A stretch of DNA of 64,000 nucleotides from Chiloscyllium plagiosum (lineage: Eukaryota): contig NC_057746.1 of the NCBI RefSeq assembly GCF_004010195.1, positions 26,556,070 to 26,620,069 on the forward strand. Reading direction: 5' to 3'. Below the pieces are notes generated by a model. The model was not told where the DNA came from. It ran no database searches and saw only the letters and a list, made by a program, of their open reading frames with translations. The translations under genes were made by a program, and so were the position numbers. Each line of letters begins with the position of its first letter. Position 1 is the first letter of the stretch. This document shows positions 37,851 through 50,062 of the stretch, in pieces.

Positions 37851-38524
37851 TTTTTCTTTTGGTAGGGAGGATGTTAAGTGCTATCAAACCAAGGAAGTAA
37901 ATGAATTTGGGAACAGATGACATGATATATCAGACTTGAGGGGAAGTATGGCTATTTTGTGTTCCCACATTGCTAAAAAAAATTAACAATGCTGAAAATG
38001 CACAGCAACATCTGAAAGCGGCAGAATAATTATTCTTTTAAAATGGAGCCACAGAGGGGTGGTGCTAGAAAAAAGTATCATTGTGTTAGTTGCAGTGGAG
38101 AAATACTGTTATCTTTGCATTTCCCCAGTTTTAGTCATTGTAAATTTACATTTGATTAACCGAAAACTATGCAGAGAAAATTAGATGCCTCACAGGTACA
38201 CTATGTTCTAATGTTATCCACACCCCAAAATAAAAGTCAATTTGCAGAACATTCAAGATCAATCTTAAGCAATCCCACATTTGAGTTCACATGTATGATA
38301 ATGTATACAAATCGATATAGATTCTGTTTGCTATTTCTGTTTGCGACAATGTCAGTTCGTAGGTTATGATTACATTGTGCTACTTGACAGTAAATAGCAT
38401 CACATTTTCAAAAGACCAGTAATGAACATTGTTCTAAGTACATACTTTGCAAATATGAAAGATGCAGTAATTAATGAATTTTATTTGAAGGCTGAAGAAT
38501 TTAGCCATACAAGTTACCAGATTA
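37847..38524 (+). repeat. Direct duplication, copy 2 (~0.68 kb)
   Basis: colinear with 33901-34593; joins the CR1 at a T-tract. Confidence 0.92.
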
Positions 38525-38616
38525 GGTTGGGTAAAGATATGGATGGGCTGTTACACTTGTGACTTTCTGCATTTCATATGTATTTTTGCAAACCCATTGT
38601 TATTTCTTTCCAATAG

Positions 38617-38651
38617 AGTCTGCCCCATCAAATAAGAAAGGGAAGCACGCT
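38617..38651 (+). CDS. NCR3-like receptor, cytoplasmic exon (ESAPSNKKGKHA)
   Basis: tttctttccaatag acceptor, GCT|gtaagt donor, phases 1-0. Confidence 0.7.
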
Positions 38652-38689
38652 GTAAGTAGGATCCTATTGGAACATTCTATCATTAAAAT

Positions 38690-41000
38690 GTTATGAGTGC
38701 ATTACAACAGAAGTTGGCCATTCAGCCTGAATCTGTCCTGCTATTCCATATAATCATGGCCAATCAAACACTTCAATGCCTTTTACCCACCCCACCCCCT
38801 GAACCCTGCAAAACAACCGGTAATGAGAAACCTATGAACCTCTACCATAACCATCCACAATGACTGAGCTTTCATAGCTCCCCTGTCATAGTGAATACCA
38901 AAGGTTCACAGCTCTCTGAGTCAGAAACAAATCTCATCATTTTGGACCTCATTTACACTCTTCTTTTTTATTCACGATATCCTCTTATTCTAGATTCTCT
39001 AACCATAGGAAATATCTTTCCTGCATCTATATTGACTATCTGTTTGAGTGTCATCTATCTATCAGACTTGGCTATCAATCCAGATTTCATGAAATCACTT
39101 CTCATTATTTAAACTCTAGAGAATACAGGCCAGTTTGCTCAATCTGTCCTCACGCAACAGTCCCACAACCCCAGGAACAAGCCTTGTGAAACTTTGTTGC
39201 ACTCCCTCTACAGCAATAATACCTTTCTGACTTGAAGAGACTAAAACTGCAGACAATACTCCAGGTGAAGTCTAACCAAGCTCCCATAGAATTGAAGCAA
39301 GATTTCACTACTCCTGTACTCAAACCTTTTTGCCATGAGGGAGACATTCTTAATAGATTGCTGCGCCAATGTGCTTGCCTTCAGTGATTTATCCCAAGTA
39401 CACCTATGATCTCTTTGTGCACTTATACTTTCTAAGCTCTTTTTCTTTTAAGAACATTGGTTCCTCCTATCAAAGTGCTAACTTTGCCATGTTTTCGCCT
39501 CTTCACCAAGCCTGCAAATGCTTTACATCTACTTCACAACACACAGTTACACTTAGTGTTGTATATTTGCAAATTTGGAAATATTCCATTTGGTCTCAAC
39601 TCAATATAATTGATAAATATTGTGAACATCTAGGGCCCAATTGTTGCGATACACTTCTGCCAATGTGTGAATTACCTATGTATTCCTAATCTCTGATATC
39701 TATCTGATAACACATTATTAAGGCTGTGCAGGACAAATCAAAAATCTTCTGAAATTCAAATGACTATCAAAAGGCTTCTGAAAATCTAAGCAGATCTTCT
39801 TCATTGGCTGCCTTTTATCATTTTTAAAAATAATATTTCAAACATCTCGAACAATTTCATCAAATGTGATTTTCCTACTTGCATTTCATGCTATACCGGG
39901 TCAGATCATTATTATCTATATATGACATTCTTTCTAATTGATTCAAGCTCTTTCTCTAATATTGATATGAGGTTAACAGGCCTTAGTTCCTTGCTTTCTC
40001 TCTGACTCCTTCTAAAGCGGGCACACTTGATACTTCAGGAATCTTCCAAACTGCAGGAAGTTTTGCCAAATCTATATAATTTTGGAAGATAATCATCAAT
40101 GCACTGGATATCTTTAAAACTACGACCACTGACACTCTGGGATGCACAATATCAGGTTTTGGAGATTCATCAGCTTCCAGGCCCATTAATTTCTCCAGTA
40201 CAATCTTCTTACTAATGCTAATTTCTTTTAGCCCTTCATTCTCCATAGCCATTTGGACCTCTAGTTCGAGGAGATTTCTTTAATGTTCTTCAGTGAAAGC
40301 AGACACAAGTAATCATCACAAAGCTTCTTTGTCATTTCCCTATTTACTATCTTAAGTTCTCCTGACTGTCTGTAAGGATCCAGTATCTATAGAAACTATT
40401 TCACTTTTTTTTTTGTAGTTGTTAGATTGCATTCATATTTTATTTTCCCTTTCCATGTCAGTTTCTTGGACCTCTAAAAAGCTTCCAATCCTCAGATTTA
40501 TTATTATTTCTGACAACGTTACAGGCTTTTGTTTTTAATCTTATACAATCCAGAAGTTCCTTTGTTAATCATGTTTGATGGATCCTTTTTGCATTTTTCC
40601 ATCTTGAACTAATAATTGTTGTAACTCGTGCTAATTCTTTAAACACTATCCTTTGCTATGTATAGTTATACCTTTGCATATAATTACTCAATTTGCTTCA
40701 GACCTTTTTTTTAGATTAGATTAGATTCCCTACAGGGTGGAAACAGGGCCTTCGGCCCAACAAGTCCACACTGACTCTCCAAAGAGTAACCCACCTAGTC
40801 CCATTTCTCTCTGACTAATGCATCTATCACTATGGGCAATTTAGCATGACCAATTCACATGGCCTGCACATCTTTTGTGCTCCATGTCTTAATAACTTTC
40901 TTTAAACAAATTTAGCACCCTTGTTTTATATTGAAATATCTTACTTTCAAATGTCATGTAAAATGCTATCATATTGTCGTCACTCATCCCTAAAGTATTT
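38690..41000 (-). mobile_element. Old degenerate CR1-clade LINE
   Basis: LKEISISKKIVLEKLMGL..SPKPD..HPRV and decayed RT/3' motifs. Confidence 0.7.
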
Positions 41001-41154
41001 TTAGGACAAGATTATTAATTGTTCACTTGCGACCATATGAGACAGTGTCTAAAATCCTGTTTCCTTTGATTAACATCTTTCAAGCCTCGTGAAACAATTT
41101 CTCTAAATTTACTTTATCAAAATATTTCATGAGTTTGGATAGTTTGATTATAGA

Positions 41155-41730
41155 ATCATAGCGTCATAGAGATGTACAGCATGGAAACAGAGCCTCTAGT
41201 TCTGGACTCCCCAGCTCCAGGGAAAATACTTTGTCTATTTATCCTATCCATGCCCCTCATAATTTTGTAAACCTCTATAAGGTCACCCCTCAGCCTCCGA
41301 CACTCCAGGGAAAACAGCCTCAGCCTGTTCAGCCTCTCCTTATAGCTCACATCCTCCAACCCTGACAACATCCTTGTAAATCTTGTCTGAACCCTTTCAA
41401 GTTTCACAACATCTTTCGGATAGGAAGGAGACCAGAATTGCACCAGAGACCAATATTCCAACAGTGGCCTAACCAATGTCCTGTACAGCACAACATGACT
41501 TCCCAGCTCCTGTTCTCAATACTCTGACCAATAAAAGAAAGCATACCAAACGCCTTCTTCACTATTCTACCTCCTTATGACTCCACTTTCAAGGAGCTAT
41601 GAACCTGGACTCCAAGGTCTCTTTGTTCAGCAACACTCCCTAGGATCTTACCATTCAGTGTATTAGTCCTGCTAAGATTTACTTTCCCAAAATGCAACGC
41701 CTCGCATTTATCTGAGTTAAACTCCATCTG
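41155..41730 (-). mobile_element. CR1-clade LINE 3' fragment
   Basis: LYRTLVRPLLEY..RLRGDLIEVYKIM. Confidence 0.88.
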
Positions 41731-42473
41731 CTTGTTCTTTCAAATGTTCTACTTTAAGGAAATAAAATGGCTATCCTACCTATTTGAAATCCTGATGCCA
41801 TTTCCTCATATATCCTTTCCAAAGACTGAACAGCTTTCTTTCCAGCTAGAATCACTACCATGCAAAAGGACGCCATTCGGCCAATACCAGCCTTCCAAAG
41901 AACATCCCACCCAGATCTACCACCCTATCCGATCCCCATAACCCTGTATTCTCCATGACTAATGCACCTAATCTACCCATCCCTGGACACTCTAGACAAT
42001 TGAGCATATCTTTGGACAGTGGGAGGAAACCGGAGCATCCATAGGAAACCCATGGGAAGAATGTGTAATCTCCACACAGACAGTCACCTGAGGCCAAAAT
42101 CGAGCCTGAATCCCTGGTGCCATGAGTCAGCAATGCTAAACACTGAGCCACCGTGCCAAGTAAAACAACATCCCAGTGAGCAACCTAAAGGAAATGGCAC
42201 CACAGGATTTCAAGTCTTCAAATTTTTATTTCAACAAGCTAAACGAAACATTGACTTTTTTTTTGTAGTTAACTGATCCTTTAAATTACAGAGCTGAATT
42301 TCCCCTTTTACTTTTTAATACAACCAAAAATCCCACACATGGCTGTATTTTATCTTGTGTCTTAAATAGACATTCAATACTTCTGAAATCAGTCCAACAG
42401 CATTTTTTGCTCCTAAAAATGTGTTTACATTCGTTTTCATTGCCATCCTGGAAAATTTACTCCTAGAACTTGT

Positions 42474-42775
42474 GGGCTGCACGGTGGCACAGTGGTTAGC
42501 ACTGCTGCCTCACAGCGCCAGAGATCCGGGTTCAACCTCCCTGTGTGGAGGTTGCACATTCTCCCCGTGTCTGCGTGGGTTTCCTCCAGGTGCTCCGGTT
42601 TCCTCCCACACTCCAAAAATGTGCGGGTTAGGTGAATTGGCCACGCTAAATTGCCGGTAGTGTTAGGTGCAGGGGTAAATGTAGGGGAATGGGTCTGGGT
42701 GGGTGCGCTTCGGCGGGTCGGTGTGGACTTGTTGGGCTGAAGGGCCTGTTTCCACACTGTAAGTAATCTAATCTA
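42474..42775 (+). mobile_element. HE1-type V-SINE
   Basis: same head, V-domain and tail. Confidence 0.9.
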
Positions 42776-43257
42776 AAAAAAACCTGTCTTTCAATATGGG
42801 GGGTTCCCTGAAAATGCTCCCTCCAGCTCAAGCTGGGTGTATCCTCCAGCCTCGTTTAGACCTTCACAAATTTGATATTTTAAAAATATCTGATCTGAGG
42901 CATTCATTCATATTTTTGTCTCCTAGACATTGGAGATGCAGTCTCTATCCTTCTACGCCATATCTTTCCAGATAGGCCCCTCTGTGAAGTTTAATATCAT
43001 GTTAAGAGAAAAATCTGTTGAGTGAAACTACAGTGGCTACTCCTGGCTACTCCTCCCTCTTGTCGAAGTAAATTGGGGAGAATGGTGAAAAAGGCAGGAA
43101 AGTGGTTTGAAAATTGTGAGTTCAGCCACAATCTCATTCCTGGGATGTGGGCTTCACTGTTATGGCTAGCGTTTTCTCGCTCATCTGTAGTTGTCCTTCA
43201 GCTGAGTGGCTTGGGAACAACCGATCTCACCATTCTCTGTGACCATTGTTTTCAAAG

Positions 43258-43389
43258 CACCGAGAGGGAAAAACTTCGAGCTCCTGTCAAGAGGAGAAGA
43301 GAAAGAAGAAAAGAAAACCCAAAGAGCACCATAGGAAGGAGAATGCGGACTACGTCCATGTTGGGCCAAGCCATGGCAGACAGACCTAA
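43258..43389 (+). CDS. NCR3-like receptor, putative last coding exon (HREGKTSSSCQEEKRKKKRKPKEHHRKENADYVHVGPSHGRQT*)
   Basis: ttgttttcaaag acceptor, phase 0, open to TAA, terminal Tyr motif. The total spliced CDS is 723 nt (240 aa + stop). Confidence 0.62.
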   Translation, partial: HREGKTSSSCQEEKRKKKRKPKEHHRKENADYVHVGPSHGRQT

Positions 43390-45343
43390 CCTCAGCAACA
43401 GAGGAAATGTACAACGACTGCTCAAACATACATTACTTAGGATCCTCAGCCACGCCACAATCTTTCCCGAAGGCTAGAGACGATTTCCTTTTTTTCTGTG
43501 TTGTTTTAATATTTCGCTTGATTCCTGTCACGTCAAAAATGAATAGGTAATCATGCCAAGGTTACAGCCCTCCAAACCCTATTAGTCGCCATTTTAGAAT
43601 TCATGATTTGCACTGAGGGGTGAAGATGTTGGACAGTGAAGTGGTTATAAATGGAAATGAATACGTTATTTTGTTTGTGACATTATGAATAATTGGCCGG
43701 GTGCTTGGCCTCCCTGCTCCCCAGCCCCCTAAGCCCCTCCTCCACACATCACCCCGAGTGCATATTTGTCTGCTCTCCAGTCACTATCACCCCGCATTGC
43801 CTTCAGCGGAAATCAGTATCAAGCGTCCTTCAGAACCCAATTCCATCCACGGGCGTATTCGGGTAAAGTTACCTGGGATCTTGGCTGGTTGAGTCTCTAC
43901 TGATCCTTCAGTCCGCTGCTGTTTTCAGCGGGTTACCCACGCCCGCTTTCTGCACTGAGGATGGAGAGGCAAGGGGTAAGAGTCAGTCCTATCCGACCTC
44001 TTTTAAGCCAGTTCAAATTGAGCCAGCTAACAGATCCAACCCCACTCCTCAACTCTCGTGGAAGATCACTTGACCAAGTATCAACTGGAGTCTTCCTTTC
44101 ATAAGTCAGGCCGGGAGTCAGCTGGGATGACGAGGCGGGGGGTGTGGGGGGTGGGGACTGTCCTGGTCACCTCACCTCATGTCATATCCAACTATCTCAG
44201 GGGTTCTGCCAAATCAGTTGGGAGTTAACGAGTGGGAGTTTGTGTAATAAAGTATGTATTGATTGTTGAATTTTGCAGAAGCTTTTTTGTTGTAACACCT
44301 ACAAATGCAAAGTTGAGCAAAACACTTTGTGGTGTGAAACGAAAGCAATTAGCAATTTTATGTCCCAACAGTTTATGCTTTGGTGCGAATCGTCTCACGG
44401 TATTCTGGACTAGGTGTTTGGCTTATTTATTGACACAATCTTTAAGAAACCTGACATTTCGTGATTAATTTATTAAGCTCCCAGAGCCCAGCATTGCTGA
44501 ACGCAGTCCTTGTCTTTCAATGCATGGCGATGCAAGGCACAGGAACATATTGTGCATATTAAACCGCAAAGTTCTTCCTCGTGTATTACCTCTACAGAAT
44601 TAGGGGATTTCGTCTTGCTGGGATCCCACACGTTCTTCTGCCCCTAGCACCTCCAATAAGATACCTACGCCCCTCACTGGGCTTGAACTGAATTGTTTTT
44701 TGAGCTATTCCCGAGACAAATTGAAAGTGAATTGTGTGTTTAGATTCGCATTTGGGGCGGATCAGATGAGGGTGACATATTTCCTTTGCAACTGGATGGG
44801 TTTGTATACTTTAAGCACTCAATCGCAGATTTTTAAATGGAATTTAAATTGCACTAGATACTACAATGGGATTTCATCCCTTGTAGCATTATACCGGTAT
44901 CTGATTTACAAGGCCACTGACATTACTACTGTACCTGCTTCTGTTCATTTTCTTTTCATATCCTTCTCTACTTTCCCCTTAAAAAAACACCAGGTTATTT
45001 GGCTGAAATCTGCACTGAACGCAAAATTAGCCTTTAGGTGTAAGAAACGGCAAGATTACCGTCGAATACTGTTTCAAAACCATTTGCTAGCGGCAATGAT
45101 TAATTAGTGCAAATTGAAGAGTAAAGTACACAAGCATAATTTTTAAGTGAATTCTCTGTTATCATGCCGAGCAGTTGCAGAAATAGTCACCCGCATCGAA
45201 ACTCACGCGTATTGAATGGTGTGTGGGTGCAGAGAAATGAATGTGTATGTTTTGGCGGGGAAGGGGGTGGCGGTGCGGATGGTGCCGCACAAATTACCGC
45301 GCCCTTTGGTCTGCACTGGCTCCCCTGGTTTGCTTCTTTGCAG

Positions 45344-45730
45344 ACCCTTCCCGCTGTTGTTGCAGCCACCGCCGGGTGTTTGCATCATCTTTGACAGTTC
45401 TGATGTCAGCGCTGATCGACGGAAACTCTGACTGGCGCGCCACTTGCCGATACTTCTGGACAGGCTGTTGCTATTGTCCAGCGTTTTCGCGAGGCGCATG
45501 GTCAGAGGCGTACCGTCAGAGGTGCTATGCTCACCTCAGCCTCGGTACAACGTTGTGAAACTTCCGGCTCGTTCCCGGGCTGGAGCTGGGGGTGGTTGGT
45601 TGTTTGAGGATGTGGGGTGGGATGGTTCCTGGGAGTGCAGGTGTCATTTTCTTTTGCTCGATCTGGATCGAATGCCATTTATGTACTAAACATTTCTCCA
45701 AGGGGAATCGATCAGGAATCACAGGAAAAG
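45344..45730 (+). pseudogene. Decayed CD28/CTLA-4-like V pseudo-exon
   Basis: ttctttgcag phase-1 acceptor. MSALIDG..ATCRYFW, then (frameshift) FARRMVRGVPSEVLCS..HFLLLDLDRM. CpG-rich, no canonical donor. Confidence 0.35.
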
Positions 45731-46006
45731 CAGGACGATCATTGCATGCAGTTCAGTATTATTAGACACAAGTGGACAATTCGCCATTATTAGACACAAG
45801 TAAATCCACGGGACATTCCTATACAAGGGGAAATAAACTGTGAGCCTCATACTGAGAATTATCCTGCATTCGCTCCATTTCTCACTTTGGAGTTGATCTT
45901 AAACCTGCTGGGAGAAAGTCGCAGATGCAGCAGGGGGCGCAGTTCTCGGCGGTGCTAACACAATTTGAGGAGTTTTCTCGCACATTTTAGGGCAGGACTG
46001 AGTTTT

Positions 46007-46313
46007 TAGATTAGATTAGATTACTTACAGTGTGGAAACAGACCCTTCGGCCCAACAAGTCCACACCGACCCGCTGAAGCGCAACCACCCATACCCCTAC
46101 ATTTACCCCTTACTGAACACTACAGGAAATTTAGCATGGCCAATTCACCTTACCTGCACATCTTTGGACTGTGGAGAGAAACCGGAGCACCCGGAGGAAA
46201 CCCACGCAGACACGGGGAGAATGTGCAAACTCCACACAGTCAGTCGCCTGAGGCGGGAATTGAACCCGGGTCTCTGGCGCTGTGAGGCAGCAGTGCTAAC
46301 CACCGTGCCACCC
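46007..46313 (-). mobile_element. HE1-type V-SINE
   Basis: reverse copy. Confidence 0.9.
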
Positions 46314-46339
46314 ACTATTAAGAGACATTAAGAATTATT

Positions 46340-47100
46340 AAGAGACATAGAGATATACAGAACGGAAACAGACCTTCCGGTTCAGCTTGTCCATGCAGAC
46401 CAGATATTCCAACCTAAACTAGTCCCATTTGCCAGCACTTGGCCCATATCCCCTTAAACCCTTTACAATCCAGATGCCTTTTTAACGCTGTGATTGAACT
46501 AGCCTTCACCACTTCCTCTGGCAGCTCAGTTCATGCACACATCACTCTGTGTGTGAAAACTTTGCCCCTTCAGTCCCTTTTATATCTTTCCCCTCTCACT
46601 CTAAACCTATACCCTCTAGTTCTGGACTCTCCCATCCCAGGGCAAAGACCTTGTCTATTTATCCTATCCATGCTCCTTATGATTTTATAAACCTGTATAA
46701 GGTCGCCCCTCAGCCGCTCCAGGGAAAACAGCCCCAGCTTGTTCAGCCTCTCCCTATAGCACAAATCCTCCAACCCTGGCAACATCCTTGTTAATATTTT
46801 CCAAATCCTTTCAAGTTTCATAGTATCCTTCCGATAGGAAGAAGACAGAATTGCATGAAATATTCCCAAAAATAGCCTAACCAACTTCCTGTACAGCCAT
46901 AACATGACCTCTCAGTTCTTTACTCAATACTCTGACCAATAAAGGAAAGCATACTAAATGCCTTCCTCACTATCCTATCCACCTACAATTCTACTTGCAA
47001 GGAACTATGAACCTGCATTCCAAGGTCACATTTTTCAGGAACACTCCCTACGACCTTTCCATTAAGTGTATAAATCCTGCTAAGATTTGCCTTTACAAAA
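46340..47100 (-). mobile_element. CR1-clade LINE 3' fragment
   Basis: TRMLPGLEDLCYRERLNKLGLFSLE. Confidence 0.88.
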
Positions 47101-48417
47101 TCCTGGGGATTCACGATGGCTAAAAACATGTGGAAGTGCTCCATTGTTAGTGCTACTAAAAGGAAAAACAGGAACAGGAGCTTTTTGAAAAGAAAAATGC
47201 TTAATTGGATGTGGGCACTGCCAACTAGGACCACATTTGTTGCCCATCTCTAATTACCCTTGAACCGAATGATTATCTCAGACAGCAGTGAAGAATCAAC
47301 CATGTTGCATTGGGTCCAGTGTCACATGTGCACCCGATCAGGTGAGGACAGCAGATTTCCCTCCTGAAAGGATGAACCCCTGGGACTTCTTGCAGTACTG
47401 TGGTAATGTCCCTCCCTCAGAGCTAGAAGGTCTGTGTTCAAGTCCTATCTGCTCCAAATGTGTGTCATAACATCTCTGAAGATGTTGATTTAAAATATCT
47501 AAAAGGCCAAGATGCTGCGACACCCATTCAGTCAGATAAGGGCTGTTTAGTTTCTTAACTGGTCCCCCTTTTGGTATCTATTGAAATACTTAATTCATAA
47601 AATTCTAATTGTCCTAGATCTATCATTTCAATGAACAGATGAAAATAGAGATGGGACTAGAATCGACTTAACATTTATATGAAAACAAGCATTAATCAAT
47701 CACCTCTGTAAGGAAGTGTGTTGTCTTCAAACAGAGAATGAAGCTCATGAGTTGTCCTGACCTCCTATCAGGAATTCTTCCCTTGAGCAAATTAGATTTA
47801 GTTATTATGAAATGCAAGAGTCATCTATATGGTGGATCCGCACCTGCAGGAAAAAGTGGAAAATTCACTTTGCTTTGGACTTGGAAGTGACCTAGCGAGT
47901 GGAGTGAAGTATGCTCATATGCTGATACAAGTACAGAAGGAAATTTGCCATAAAATCTGTAGGATGGACCAGTTCCTGAAAGTATCTAGCCACATCCCTT
48001 GATACTGATACATAAGATGCATGAATGACTGCTGATGGAAACACACAGGGTAATTTTCACTGAATGCATCTCTCATAAATTTGACAAGATCAATCCCCCA
48101 CTCCAAACCAATGTTTACCCTCACTTTGAATAAACTGGTGAAAGCAGCTAGTCTCCTTGAATTTTGTGACAGGTCATTGAATTGTCTTTGCAAGTGAGCC
48201 TGGAAGCACTTTCATTGGTGACAAACATTTGTGAGGATCGTGGCAGGTAAAGCCTTCAGAAGCCAGATATAGAAATCAGGAGCAGGAATTTGCCATTCAG
48301 CACGTTGCGTCTGCTCTATATTTCAATATGATATTAGCTGCTCTTCTATCTTAATGTCACCTTCCCGCTTTCACCAGCTATCCTTTGGTGCCTTTAGAAT
48401 CTAAAATAAGTATTTAC

Positions 48418-49143
48418 AGTCATAGAGATGTACAGCATGGAAACAGACCCTTCGGTCCAACCCGTCCATGCTGACCAGATATCCCAAAAGACTTTGCCTA
48501 TTTATCCTATCCATGCCCCTCATAATTTTGTAAACCTCTATAAGGTCACCTCTCAGCCTCCAACGCTCCAGGGAAAACAGCCCCAGCCTGTTCAGCCACT
48601 CCCTGTCGCTCAGATTCTCGACCCTGGCAACATCATTGTAAATCTTTTCTGAACCCTTTCAAGTTTCACAACATCTTTCCGATAGGAAGGATGCCAGAAT
48701 TGCACACAATATTCCAACAGTGACCTAACCAATGTCATGCACAGCCGCAACATGACTTCCCAACTCCTGTACTCAATACCCTGACCAATAAAGGAAAGCA
48801 TACCAAACGCCTTCTTCATTATCCTATCTACCTGCAACTCCACTTTCAAGGAGCTATGAACTTGCATTCCAAGGTCACTTTGTTCAGTATCACTCTCTAG
48901 GACCTTACCATTAAGTGTATAAGTCCTGCTAAGATTTACTTTCCCAAAATGCAGTACCTCGCATTTATCTGAATTAAACTGCATCTGCCACTTCTCAGCT
49001 CATTGGCCCATCTGATCCCGATCCTGTTGTAATCTGAGGTAACCCTCTTCGCTGTCCACTACACCTCCAATTTTGGTGTCATCTGCAAACCTACTAACTA
49101 TACCTCTTATGCTTGCATCCAAATCATTTATGTTAATGACAAA
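48418..49143 (-). mobile_element. CR1-clade LINE 3' fragment with internal deletion
   Basis: DKCEVLHFG, LVR.LLEYCVQFW. Confidence 0.9.
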
Positions 49144-49242
49144 ATAACCGAATATTTTCAGTGACTTGGCCTGCATAGCCTTCTGTGGTCAAGAGTTCCA
49201 AAGATTCACTCTCTTTCAAGAGAAGATTTTTCTTTTCTCGTC

Positions 49243-50062
49243 TGTTATGAAGTTGAAGGAGTATGCTGTACCTTTAAGAGAGAGTGCATGCTGTTCTGAA
49301 CTGTGAGCTTACACGTACCTGTGTTTATGACTAGGTGGCAGTCGCAGAGTGAACTGGAAAATTGAAAATATATAACATATGGTTGTGAAATAGATACCTG
49401 AGTTTTAGTTGCCGTTTTGACATCAATTTAAATGTAACCAACCAGTTTAAATTATGCCCCAGGATACCAAAACCCAATTGAGTTTGAATTTATTGTTTTG
49501 TCAACATTGAACCAATGATACAATTTGATGTTGGGGGTATAAAAATGCGGGCATTTTGAAAATTAGAGGGAGAGCAACTGACATCGAGACAGATCCAAAA
49601 TAAATTAAGAAACACTCTCTATAAAGATACCTTTTTATATGTGTTATGAAGGTATGGAAGCGTTCTTTATCTTTTTATATGAAACATGCTCACATTCAAA
49701 AGAAAGAAGTCGACCCAGAGAACTTAGAAACCAGAAGAGTGAAGTCACAAAAGATGACAGCTGAAGTGTGGTTTTGAAATTAAGTTGATGTAATTTTAAT
49801 AAGTGTCTTATTGGAGCAGCATATTGTTATAGAGTTGGAAGCGAGTAATAAGCAGTGAAGAGAAAGAGGGGCTTAGATTTGTGAATAGTTGTTGTTTAAT
49901 ATTCTTTAACTTTTGGAGTTAAAAATAAATTGATGTAATCTTCTTTAAATAGTGGAATTTGTGAATTCTCTATTACTCATAATTTAGCTGATTACAAGGC
50001 GAGGTGAGTTTTTCTAGGTGTATGGTTTATCTAGCAGAGGGGTTCACTGCTGTGTCATTACA
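49243..50062 (+). mobile_element. Solo LTR inserted in an old CR1
   Basis: TG..CA, TATA-like tataaaa and aataaa; the host CR1 resumes on both sides. Confidence 0.6.

Noticed and set aside
42928-43025. Alternative terminal exon of the receptor
   Set aside because: Acceptor-like site but no recognisable motif; 43258 is better supported, though this one is not excluded.
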